Part shown: positions 9,661 through 18,615 of the stretch, in pieces
How the letters are laid out: every line of letters starts with the position of its first letter
Position numbering within the stretch: position 1 is the stretch's first letter
Assembly (NCBI GenBank): GCA_016204045.1
Contig: JACQLQ010000004.1
Location: forward strand, 164,927-228,926
Reading direction: 5' to 3'
Length of the DNA stretch: 64,000 nt
DNA from: Parcubacteria group bacterium
Lineage (GTDB): Bacteria > Patescibacteriota > Minisyncoccia > Phycocordibacterales > UBA2135
Translations under genes and position numbers: made by a program
The notes under the pieces: model-generated
Databases searched by the model: none
What the model was told of the DNA's origin: nothing
What the model saw: only the letters and a program-made list of their open reading frames with translations

Positions 9661-10278
9661 ATGCGCACCCCCACACTTATTGGCACACCGAGCGTTTTAG
9701 CCGAAACATCTGACCGTTCACTTGTCTCGCAGGGTTTCAAGAACCCGCGTACAGACGGCATCGATCATGCCTCCGTGTCGCACATGAAGGCCTGTCCGGT
9801 GCTTACCCTTGCAATCACGCCGAGGCATGACGTCCTTGTCATAGAACGATTCCGCCACCAGGCAGCGTTTGGCACAACTGACGCGGCCCGTCATTCTTTG
9901 AATACCCTTGACCTAAAGGACGCAACAACGCGCGAGGTACCGGGTGGGAACCCCGAAGACGGACAATCGCTGGAAGATACCGTGCGTGCTGAGGTGGAGC
10001 GACAGACCGGATACAAACCCGGTGAGATCATCCGTCTTACAGAGAAGCCGCTTTGGGTCGACCCGGGCACGCTTTCATTCCCCTGCCAGCCGATGCTCGC
10101 CCTTGGTTGTGTACGCGTGGGAAACCCGAAGCCAAGCGCAACTGAGTTTTTCGGATTACGGCTAGTGCACATCATGAGCTGGCTCGACATGATTGACGAG
10201 GGCGGAGTGAATGATCTTCGGACAATAGCAGTCACCAAACTCGCAGAGAAACATTTGTGTAATCGAGGATTTATCTAA
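9661..10278 (+). CDS. NUDIX-fold protein (ADP-ribose pyrophosphatase-like) with degenerate Nudix box
   Basis: EVPGGNPEDGQSLEDTVRAEVERQTGY, DPG motif; upstream TTGACT-N17-TATAGT. Confidence 0.8.
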   Translation: MRTPTLIGTPSVLAETSDRSLVSQGFKNPRTDGIDHASVSHMKACPVLTLAITPRHDVLVIERFRHQAAFGTTDAARHSLNTLDLKDATTREVPGGNPEDGQSLEDTVRAEVERQTGYKPGEIIRLTEKPLWVDPGTLSFPCQPMLALGCVRVGNPKPSATEFFGLRLVHIMSWLDMIDEGGVNDLRTIAVTKLAEKHLCNRGFI

Positions 10279-10415
10279 TAAATATGGACAGTATACGACG
10301 CCAGGCCTAGACCTGCGCGTCGTTTTAATGTGTAGTAGTAGACACATCCCCACCCTTGTGAGACACTCTGATTAGAAGTGAGCGGCTCCGCCGCTTGTCG
10401 TGAAAAGGAAATCCA

Positions 10416-11114
10416 ATGCGTGTCTTGTCAGCAGCTATTCTCGCCCCGTTACTTGCGTTCTCCCTGTTCGTGCACGAAGCCTCTGCCGCCAGTGCCTCCT
10501 CGGAGACGCGCGCGAGGGAGTTCATGCGCACGGTCACCGCAAAGCAATTCGGCGGTGTACGCGAGACGACCTGGGACCAGATCGGTCTCATCTTTTCTGC
10601 CCGAGAGATTGGCCTCGAACCTACTGCGACGCTCGAAGACATCGGGTACTCTCTTTTCATCGCGTGGGATCTTCGAATCGAAGCCGCATCGCGCGTCATG
10701 GACCAAATGCGTACACGCGTCTTCGAAGCCCTTGTCGACGGCAGGCACGCAGAGATTTCCCCCATGCTTGAAGAGGCAATGGAGTTGGAGCGTCGCGGCC
10801 TTGCACAGGTGCTTGGCGTACCAATAGGCACCCCGTGGACCGAGCTCAACCATCGCAACATTTCTCAAGCTTTCGATATCTCGATCGAAACAGTTGCAAC
10901 AATGACACCGATCAAATTTGGCGAACTCCACGTGGAAGAGACACGGCGAGAGACAGCCCTGGGGCTCGACCTGCCGCCCGACGCCCCTTGGTCGGAGATC
11001 TTCCGCGGCCTCTGGGCTTCAACGGTCATCGGCGCTGATCCTGCCGGCATTACCTGGAAGAATATTTCCGAAGTATTTAACGCCTGGCGAGAAAAGCAAG
11101 GCGTCACTCCTTAA
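10416..11114 (+). CDS. Hypothetical exported protein with internal repeats
   Basis: Signal peptide; AAGGA RBS; recurring LG(L/V)P..(A/T)(P/T)W.E(I/L) motif; terminator hairpin downstream. Confidence 0.65.
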   Translation: MRVLSAAILAPLLAFSLFVHEASAASASSETRAREFMRTVTAKQFGGVRETTWDQIGLIFSAREIGLEPTATLEDIGYSLFIAWDLRIEAASRVMDQMRTRVFEALVDGRHAEISPMLEEAMELERRGLAQVLGVPIGTPWTELNHRNISQAFDISIETVATMTPIKFGELHVEETRRETALGLDLPPDAPWSEIFRGLWASTVIGADPAGITWKNISEVFNAWREKQGVTP

Positions 11115-11228
11115 CGATATAAGTTTTTGAGCCGCCCCTTCTCCAGGCGGCTTTTTATCTATTCTCTTTCCTTTGACAAATATGACTGAATATGTTAAAG
11201 TTTTAATTGGTACAACGGGGAGACGAAA

Positions 11229-11456
11229 ATGGATCAAGAACTCCTTGGTCGAATGGTGACCGAAGCCTCAGCAAAATATGGCCGACTGCGTCCTCGCTTG
11301 GGCCATAAAACTGCCCTGAAAGATGCGATACGTTTCACTTTGAATGAATCTGGTGTTCAAGGTTCGAGACGCAAATCGTATTGGGGTGCCATGAGTCGGA
11401 AACTTGGGGCACGAGGTGGGCAAGTTACCGCAGCGAAACACACTAAGGGTAAATAA
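11229..11456 (+). CDS. Small basic hypothetical protein
   Basis: TTGACA-N17-TAAAGT promoter, GGGGAG RBS, GCCGTCCC/GGGACGGC terminator. Confidence 0.7.
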   Translation: MDQELLGRMVTEASAKYGRLRPRLGHKTALKDAIRFTLNESGVQGSRRKSYWGAMSRKLGARGGQVTAAKHTKGK

Positions 11457-11519
11457 TTTCAATAGTCATTATACATGGGCCGTCCCACAAGTGGGGACGG
11501 CGTTTTGTTTTAAACATCC

Positions 11520-12044
11520 TTACTCAAGCTCGAGAATAAAGCGATAGGGTTTGTGCGCCCACACCTTCCCCGCATACGCCACCCCGACACGCGCGGTCCG
11601 CCTTACAGCGGACCTTTTTATTTTGACTCCCCTGTCTTCGACCCAGAGCCCCGTTTTTGTACCGAGCTTTTTTGCGTTGAGCTTTTTATCAATCTTCAAC
11701 CCCTTAGTCAGACGTGCGGGGCCTTGTATGGTATCTACGGCACGAATAAGCACAGCTGCCGGGTATTCTTTCTCCCCCGTCACGATGTTGAACATCCAGT
11801 GCATGCCGTAGGTAAAATAGATATATATGGCACCAGCCTCAGTAAACATAACTTCGTTTCGTTTTGTGCGCCCACGTGAGGCGTGAGACGCCTTATCGTG
11901 CGGACCATCATACGCTTCTGTCTCGGTAATCATGTAGGCAACTTCGCGTCCACGAATCTTGCGCACCAAAAACTTGCCGAGCAGTTCTTCGGCAACCCTC
12001 GTCGTCGAACGATTAAAAAAGGTAAGAGGCAATCTTTTTCGCAT
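11520..12044 (-). CDS. mpg: 3-methyladenine DNA glycosylase (MPG/AAG family)
   Basis: ITETEAY.G..D.ASHA, YIYFTYGMHWMFN, AVLIRA, GPARLT; start taken at MRKRLP. Confidence 0.93.
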   Translation of the reverse strand: MRKRLPLTFFNRSTTRVAEELLGKFLVRKIRGREVAYMITETEAYDGPHDKASHASRGRTKRNEVMFTEAGAIYIYFTYGMHWMFNIVTGEKEYPAAVLIRAVDTIQGPARLTKGLKIDKKLNAKKLGTKTGLWVEDRGVKIKRSAVRRTARVGVAYAGKVWAHKPYRFILELE

Positions 12045-12156
12045 ACCAATATTGAACAATACTTTCATAATCCTGGCAAGGGTGTCTAAAAAAATTTTCA
12101 CGCTACTATGTGGGAAGAAAGAAGGAGGATTTGTCGTACATTGACAAATCAGAGCA

Positions 12157-15015
12157 ATGGCTAAGGAAAAGAAGCAGACTGTGTGGGACCTTCCCCGATT
12201 GCGGGAACGTGCTAAGGAGTTGATTCAGGGCGGCCTTCTGGTGAAGGAAAAGGACCCTGAAGTTGCGCTCGCGAAAACACTCTCCGATGAATTCAAAGAT
12301 GCCCTGAAGAAACAGGGCCTTGTTTTGAACGCTGAAGCGGTTAAGGACGCACTGCCTACCCTCATCTGGACAGAGGGCAAAACCGGCACGCTCACTGCCC
12401 TCAAGGGTGTTGTGCGGCGCGGTGGATCACCTGGACGTCTCGAAAAATTCCAGAGTGCACATCCGTACATTCCCCTTCCCATGGTAGAACAGCGGGTACG
12501 AGATCTTTCGGGTATGACGCAGGTTGAGGCGCACGCGCCTCTCTTGTTACACGGCATCAACCGCATCGGCGGTGAAGGTGGTATCAAGCGGGTCGAAGAT
12601 TTCGAGATCCCGTCGGCAACCACTTCCCGTCCTTTCGTCATCCAACCAAAGGATACTAAGCATTGGCGATTCATGATCATCAACGGTGCCAATATCGGCT
12701 TGAAGCATGCGCGCGTCATGGAAGACAACCCCGTGCGGCAAGCGCTCTCGACGGCAGAACGTCTCGGGTGTGACACTGTATTTTTGACCAACCTGCTTGA
12801 CCTCGATCTGACAAAAGCAGGCGGCCCCCTGAAGGCGCTCCGCGCACTTTCTTCGGGACGCAACGTCAATGTGGCGATCCTTGACCCTTCATATCGTGAG
12901 GAGGCAATGAGAATCCTGAACACTCTTCCTGATGATGAGGTTATCTATGAAACCGCCAATGAGGTGTTCGAAGACCTTCTCACTGGTTGGGAAAAGATTA
13001 CCCATCTTCCGAAGCGCAAACCTTACGAAGGACGACCTGAATTCTCGGGAAAGACCTATATCGTCCTCGGCCGTAAGGAAGAAGACTTCATCGTCGCCGC
13101 GGCCTATTGGGACATTCGTTATGCGACTATCAAGAGACAGCAAGCAAACGAAATGGCTCTCAAGACTGCGAGGAACGCTCTCGGCAAAGCCCAGAAAGAG
13201 GGCAATGAGTCGCAGGTGAAGCGCCTCACTAAGGAAATTGAGAGATTGGCAAAGTTGAAGGCGCGATTTGCGACAACTGCTGTTCGCGACCAAGATTTTG
13301 TCCGTAAGTACCTCGCTATGCTTGCCTATGTTATCGGACGCTTCGAACAAAGCATTCCGAACTGTAAGGTAATCGGTGTTAATACTACGCACATTTCGTT
13401 CGGCGGAAAGACAATCGAACTCTCCGTCCCGGACCATGTGAAAGTGACCGACATGCTCCTCTCGAACCGAGTGGGGGCCCATGGTCCGCAAGTGCTTCGC
13501 AAAGATCTGGCTGATGCAATCATTGTGTGCCACCCTTATCCTCTGAACGCGCGCTTCACAGCGCGCGAGCGCGATGCAGACGGCAAGCGCGGACATTCGT
13601 ACTTCGCAGTAGCGCCCATGTGCGTGGACAGCAAGTTCTTGAGAGAAGCATTGAGACATATCATTCGTAAAGTGCACCCGATTAACAAGGCAGTCTTTAA
13701 CGAACAGTTCCAGCCGGGAGTACTCCTGGTTGAGACTGTGAACGGCGTACTCATGCCTCCGGAGCCTATCTCAATCGGCGCATTGGACAAGTTCCGTATG
13801 CGCACGAAGGATTTCGGTGAAGAAGGCACGTGGGGTGTTCGAAACACCACCTCGCCAATTCTGTTCCCCGCCACGCGCTACCTCTGGTATTTCATTTCGA
13901 CAGACATCCACATCGGTTCGCGCAACCGTGCAATCGTGTGGTGCAAAGAGACAGGCACGTACCTCGGAATGTTCGAGGCAGTCTGCTATATGATGCGCCG
14001 TGAAGGATTGTTGGGCAATGGTAAGATGCCGCCTGTGCATATGTTCAGTTCAAACGACGACGTAACACAGGGCAACCACTTCGAGACGCATCTTCAGCCG
14101 CACGTGCATGAACTTTCCCGTACACAGATTGAAGACACGTGGCGTAAGGAAATGGACAAAGCGAAGCGTGCCCCGAGCAAGGGCGCGGCGCTCGAGATCT
14201 TTGCCAACATGCGCGAGCTTATGCTCTATCAGTTGGAAATCCGGGGTCTCGACTGGACGCAGCAACAGGTGCTCGAGGTATTCGAAAAGTTGGTTGAGCA
14301 GAATCTCGATATGTACCGCGGTATCTTGCAGCGCGCAGAACATGCGAAGCTAAAGATCCGTGGCGTCTCCAAGTTTGCTGGGGTCCCCTACGACTCACGC
14401 GACCCAGGTGTCATCAATATCGGCACCGGCAACCACTTTGTGAAGACGATTGATCGCCGCATGGCAGAAGGTCCGCTCTATGCGGACAAGATTCGCGCAC
14501 TGCTCCGGACATATCCTGAATTTAAGGATGAGGGCGACGCGCTTCGAGATCTCGTCAAAGCTCCGCTCGACGGAAGCCGATTCATTAGTTACGGAACGGT
14601 TAAGGTCAACGGCGGCTATGAATGGGGTCTCGATATGCGCGATACCCCCACTGGCGGCGTTGACTGGAATGACCCACTTCGCCCAACGGTGCTCAAGGAA
14701 ATGCGCCGAGGCAACCCCTCGCGTGTCCTTGAGGGTCGGATGATTGTCCGTACCTATGGCGATAAGCACTTCTTGTCGTTCATCATCACTCCCGGGGCCA
14801 TCTTCCTGATGGGTCCTCCGGGTACGCACACGGACGTCTACGGCGAACACGGTTTCCCGCCCAACAACACAGGTGTGGTGTTCTTGGGACTCCCCGTTGA
14901 TGGCCCCGATGGCGGCCCAATCCTCGTCCGCCCGCTCCTCTTTGATGACATCAAGCGCATCATTGAGAGCAAGGAATCGTTTGATTGGGAGAAGTTCCTC
15001 CCCAATCCGGCATAA
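12157..15015 (+). CDS. Large hypothetical protein with tandem calcineurin-like metallophosphoesterase domains
   Basis: C-terminal half has TDIHIG, NDD..QG, GNH and GDKH; N-terminal half has the same pattern without metal ligands. Confidence 0.6.
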   Translation: MAKEKKQTVWDLPRLRERAKELIQGGLLVKEKDPEVALAKTLSDEFKDALKKQGLVLNAEAVKDALPTLIWTEGKTGTLTALKGVVRRGGSPGRLEKFQSAHPYIPLPMVEQRVRDLSGMTQVEAHAPLLLHGINRIGGEGGIKRVEDFEIPSATTSRPFVIQPKDTKHWRFMIINGANIGLKHARVMEDNPVRQALSTAERLGCDTVFLTNLLDLDLTKAGGPLKALRALSSGRNVNVAILDPSYREEAMRILNTLPDDEVIYETANEVFEDLLTGWEKITHLPKRKPYEGRPEFSGKTYIVLGRKEEDFIVAAAYWDIRYATIKRQQANEMALKTARNALGKAQKEGNESQVKRLTKEIERLAKLKARFATTAVRDQDFVRKYLAMLAYVIGRFEQSIPNCKVIGVNTTHISFGGKTIELSVPDHVKVTDMLLSNRVGAHGPQVLRKDLADAIIVCHPYPLNARFTARERDADGKRGHSYFAVAPMCVDSKFLREALRHIIRKVHPINKAVFNEQFQPGVLLVETVNGVLMPPEPISIGALDKFRMRTKDFGEEGTWGVRNTTSPILFPATRYLWYFISTDIHIGSRNRAIVWCKETGTYLGMFEAVCYMMRREGLLGNGKMPPVHMFSSNDDVTQGNHFETHLQPHVHELSRTQIEDTWRKEMDKAKRAPSKGAALEIFANMRELMLYQLEIRGLDWTQQQVLEVFEKLVEQNLDMYRGILQRAEHAKLKIRGVSKFAGVPYDSRDPGVINIGTGNHFVKTIDRRMAEGPLYADKIRALLRTYPEFKDEGDALRDLVKAPLDGSRFISYGTVKVNGGYEWGLDMRDTPTGGVDWNDPLRPTVLKEMRRGNPSRVLEGRMIVRTYGDKHFLSFIITPGAIFLMGPPGTHTDVYGEHGFPPNNTGVVFLGLPVDGPDGGPILVRPLLFDDIKRIIESKESFDWEKFLPNPA

Positions 15016-15039
15016 CTATAGATTGTTCTTTTTTGAAGC

Positions 15040-15066
15040 AATCCCGACATCTCGTCGGGATTTTTC
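15040..15066 (+). terminator. Hairpin terminator / REP-like palindrome
   Basis: AATCCCGAC/GTCGGGATT + T-run. Confidence 0.6.
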
Positions 15067-15156
15067 ATATCCAAAAATACTCCGACAATCTTGAGATTAT
15101 TGCGGTGTTGTATGTGTAGATATAATAAAACCACCGCAACGTGCGGTGGGTAACCA

Positions 15157-16533
15157 TTAAGCTTTCTTCGGCTCCGGGGGGACATCCATGACAGACGTTA
15201 GGTACTTTTCAACGCGCTTTGAGAGCTCCTGCGCCCACAGTTGACCCAGGGCCGCCCCAAGCATTGCAAGCGGAATCAAATCCACAAAGTGAGCATTCAA
15301 GATTACAAACGTGCCCATAGAGAAGTGAACAATGCCGTGCGGTATGCACGTCACTGCGTGGTAGCCAGCATGGTTCCTGTTCCCCGCCCTACTTGAGAGT
15401 GTGTGGGTCATATTCACGAGGAAAAAGAGTAGTCCACCAATTGCGAGCGCGGCCGGACGTACAAGGTCCTCGCTAAGCCATTGGATTAGCGGAACGGGTA
15501 GCACGATGTCATTCGCGACAATACCGAGAGCAGACAAGATCTGCGTGTTCCAAATGACATACCCGACAGTTAGGATTGCTGTGACCCAAAGCAGCTTCTT
15601 GTGCCACGTAACAGTCTTGTATACATCCTTGCCCTTCACATGGGCATCGGCCTTCAACTTCAGAGCTCGCTCGATTCCCATCGAAAGAAGGGCGCCGAAA
15701 TTACTCCCGGCAACAGTTGCGATTGTGTACGGAACGAGGAGGATAAGCGGCATGACCCCACCTACCGTTGTGTAGGAAATAAGGAATGCCCAATGAATGA
15801 CGAAGACCACGCTCCCGATGAGCCCCGTCACGACAGGCCACCCAGGATGGTCTCTGTTTGCGAGACGTGTGTTTATGGCGTAGACACCGTTTTGGACAAG
15901 GCCCAAGCTCATAACAATGAGTACGTCCACAAAGAATTGCGGGAAGAAGATGAGGTAGACGGCCAAACATTTCAGGACCGCCCCCCACAAATACCACGAA
16001 GTGTATTTATCGAGCTTCCGCAAACCGGCCGAACCAACGCTTTCTGTGTTCACCTCCCAGCGTGCTTCAACCCACTGCATCCACTGCGCACCCACCAGAC
16101 GTCCGGAAAGCGCGCCTGCCACAGCAATGACGAGTAATACCAAGAACTCTTCGGTGAAGGCCAGTCCTCCCCATACACCCTTCGCATATTGGTTCACTAG
16201 ATAAACCTCCGAGAGGATCCACATCGTAATGAACCATTGTCCGTTTGAAGGAATACTCGTCAGGGCGTGCAGGAACTGCGATTTCCTTTGACGCATCCGG
16301 GAGACCGCGATGAACGAGAAGAAGAGCAGGAACTGGAAGAAGAGAAACTGCATCAGGACGTTTGCTGGAATACCCTCTAACCGAAAGAGGGAGGCAATGA
16401 ACGCAGCGCCCAGAAAGACGCCTCCGCCTATACTAAGACTTGAGAGGTCAACCTTTCCCTTTGGCAGCAATGGGAGAAAGATCGGGCTTACTACACAAAA
16501 GAGTGTCAGAATGAAAAAAATGCCGAGCCCCAT
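15157..16533 (-). CDS. Multi-pass membrane protein with three internal SR..NR....H repeats
   Basis: SRMRQRKSQFLH, TRLANRDHPGW, SRAGNRNHAGYH, each between TM helices. Confidence 0.7.
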   Translation of the reverse strand: MGLGIFFILTLFCVVSPIFLPLLPKGKVDLSSLSIGGGVFLGAAFIASLFRLEGIPANVLMQFLFFQFLLFFSFIAVSRMRQRKSQFLHALTSIPSNGQWFITMWILSEVYLVNQYAKGVWGGLAFTEEFLVLLVIAVAGALSGRLVGAQWMQWVEARWEVNTESVGSAGLRKLDKYTSWYLWGAVLKCLAVYLIFFPQFFVDVLIVMSLGLVQNGVYAINTRLANRDHPGWPVVTGLIGSVVFVIHWAFLISYTTVGGVMPLILLVPYTIATVAGSNFGALLSMGIERALKLKADAHVKGKDVYKTVTWHKKLLWVTAILTVGYVIWNTQILSALGIVANDIVLPVPLIQWLSEDLVRPAALAIGGLLFFLVNMTHTLSSRAGNRNHAGYHAVTCIPHGIVHFSMGTFVILNAHFVDLIPLAMLGAALGQLWAQELSKRVEKYLTSVMDVPPEPKKA

Positions 16534-16712
16534 TATCCGCTCTCTCCTTCCGCTTCATCGAGATTCCGAAGTGCGCCAGTGCGCATGCGCTCAAGCCTCT
16601 TGCGAAGATCTTTTGCGCCGAGCCGGTCTTCTGGACTATTGCTGGGGAAGCGCTTATTGACGATGCTCTGGATCAGCCTGTTACGAGTGGTCTCTTCGAG
16701 CATATTACCCAT
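16533..16712 (-). CDS. Small hypothetical protein translationally coupled to the membrane protein
   Basis: GAGG RBS before ATG 16712; stop overlaps next start (TAATG). Confidence 0.55.
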   Translation of the reverse strand: MGNMLEETTRNRLIQSIVNKRFPSNSPEDRLGAKDLRKRLERMRTGALRNLDEAEGESG

Positions 16713-16912
16713 GACAAAGACCTCTGTTTTTCTCCCCGTATCGTATATCACCGCGCAATGTCTTGCAGTATTGACAAGACAGGAGAAGCGTGAATATCTG
16801 ATCCTTTGCTTGAGTAGAAACGCGCAAAAGAGTGCAACAAGCTTTTGGCACTACGGACAGATCTGGCATATAATTAACACACGCTAGCTACAATCTAAGT
16901 TTTTAAAAAAAC

Positions 16913-17314
16913 ATGGACATATCAGCACAACTTGAGAGTTTGAAGAGGGAGCTCGCAAGTGAGCAACAGAAGCTCGAGGGAAAAGAACGGGAGCTCGAAA
17001 GAAAGGGGCAGGACATTGCGAGGCTAAAACGCGAAGCGACGACTATTGAAAGCGCGAAAAAAGCGAAGGATCAAGAGCTCGTAAAGAAGAACCAAGATAT
17101 CGCACGACTGCAAGGCGAGGCGAAAAATATTGAAGCCGCGGCAAGCGTGAAAGGACAAGAACTTGCAAGAAAAAACCAGGAGGCTGAGAGACTTGAGAGT
17201 GAGGCAAAGAGTATCGAGGGCGAAATAGGTAGGATGAAGACAGAGATGCAACGACACGAACAAGAATTGGCAACTTTGCAAAGAGAGGTTGCGGAGATGG
17301 CAAAGAAAAAATAG
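16913..17314 (+). CDS. Coiled-coil protein with 28-aa tandem repeats
   Basis: K.EL.RK.QDIARL / KDQELVKKNQDIARL / KGQELARKNQEAERL at 28-aa spacing; terminator hairpin overlaps stop. Confidence 0.75.
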   Translation: MDISAQLESLKRELASEQQKLEGKERELERKGQDIARLKREATTIESAKKAKDQELVKKNQDIARLQGEAKNIEAAASVKGQELARKNQEAERLESEAKSIEGEIGRMKTEMQRHEQELATLQREVAEMAKKK

Positions 17315-17358
17315 GCGTACAACGCCTATTTTTTCTGTTTACCGCGTTCCCCAATTTG

Positions 17359-17546
17359 TGACCCTACCGGGGGACGCTTTGCTATCTCACTCTTTGGAAA
17401 CCCACGGTTTTCCAACGCCCCTCGACAAGCTCGGGGCTGCCTTCCTCCACGGGAAAACAAGTGTTTTCCCGACCCCTTTCCGGTTCGATTCCCGGTGCAA
17501 AATAATAGCCAAATTCCAACATCAAAAAGAGGTTGGAATTTACCTA
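17359..17546 (-). repeat. tRNA-associated composite palindromic insert
   Basis: 13-bp duplicate of tRNA 3' end (17359-17371), inverted copy of T-arm (17482-17496), nested REP-like GCCCCTCGACAAGCTCGGGGC (17417-17437), GGAAAAC/GTTTTCC hairpins. Confidence 0.7.
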
Positions 17547-17618
17547 TGACCCTACCGGGAATCGAACCCGGGTTTGAGGCTTGAGAAGCCTCCGTCCTAG
17601 CCGCTAGACGATAGGGCC
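17547..17618 (-). tRNA. tRNA-Glu (anticodon CUC), CCA not encoded
   Basis: GGCCCTATCGTCTAGCGGCTAGGACGGAGGCTTCTCAAGCCTCAAACCCGGGTTCGATTCCCGGTAGGGTCA folds as a cloverleaf. Confidence 0.96.
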
Positions 17619-17709
17619 TTTTTGGGAAACGGCTATCTCAAATACATGAGATAGCCGTTTGTACAATATCACTTTTTTTTCTTTTACTCAAACGAATCTT
17701 GAGACGAGT

Positions 17710-17928
17710 TTACTTCCCCTTCTTTTTGTGACCTTGGAACATGCCCGAGTGCGAGAAGCTCTGGAATGCGAGCACGCCCGTGATGATGACGGCAAGCCAC
17801 GAGCACCACATTGGGATTTCCCAACCAGCAATCATCGCTTCCCAGCCATAGCCAATGCGAAAGGCGTGAAGCGTGAAGACGATAACGAATACCACACCAA
17901 CGAGTACGAAATAGTCGTTTTGTTTCAT
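17710..17928 (-). CDS. Small 2-TM membrane protein
   Basis: Two hydrophobic helices; H..R...GW...I.GW.IP.W.SW pattern. Confidence 0.7.
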   Translation of the reverse strand: MKQNDYFVLVGVVFVIVFTLHAFRIGYGWEAMIAGWEIPMWCSWLAVIITGVLAFQSFSHSGMFQGHKKKGK

Positions 17929-18018
17929 TGAAGTTAAAAAATTATTTTATATGCGTCGACCTTTGGTGAATAAAAAGTTGAATCCCTCGACGTTGCTCCT
18001 GGATAAACGCTTGCGCGT

Positions 18019-18489
18019 TTACATCTCTTCATCCCATTTGCCCGACCACTTCTTGACCCCGTACTCGAGGAACCAGACGAGCGTAAAGATGAGAAAGGCC
18101 AGGATGGTTGAAAACACCGCAATCGCATAGAGCCCAAACCCGCTCGCAATACCGATGCCAGCGGTGACCCACAAACCAGCGGCGGTCGTAAGTCCTCGTA
18201 TGGTCTTGTCTTTGAAGATAATGAGCCCGGCCCCTATAAACCCAATGCCCGTCACAACCGCCGCGGCCATTCGAATAGGGTCTGCACTGGCTCCCGACGC
18301 ATATTGGTGCAGGATTGCCTCGGACACAATGACAAACAACGCAGCGCCGAGGGAAATGAGTGCGTAGGTGCGCATGCCAGCCTGCTTGTGCGCCAACACG
18401 CGTTCTGTGCCAAGAATAAGCCCCAAGAATGCGGCAGTACTCAACCGAAAAAAGGTGTCCTGCATTCCTGGATCAAGTATCTCTATCAT
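18019..18489 (-). CDS. mgtC: MgtC/SapB family membrane protein
   Basis: G.ER....K.AGMRT, D..R.AA.VVTGIGFIGAG, GLTTAAGLW. Confidence 0.93.
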   Translation of the reverse strand: MIEILDPGMQDTFFRLSTAAFLGLILGTERVLAHKQAGMRTYALISLGAALFVIVSEAILHQYASGASADPIRMAAAVVTGIGFIGAGLIIFKDKTIRGLTTAAGLWVTAGIGIASGFGLYAIAVFSTILAFLIFTLVWFLEYGVKKWSGKWDEEM

Positions 18490-18540
18490 TCTCTATAGTA
18501 TAACTCCAAAAGAAATTTCAAAAAAGTAAAGTTTTCCCCA

Positions 18541-18606
18541 TCCCGATAGTGTTCGGGAGAAAAAGGCACCCGGCGGGTCTCTAGGGAAACCCTAACACTA
18601 TCGGGA
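18541..18606. repeat. REP/MITE-like palindrome with 13-bp inverted ends
   Basis: TCCCGATAGTGTT / AACACTATCGGGA. Confidence 0.6.
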
Positions 18607-18615
18607 CAGGGCGTA

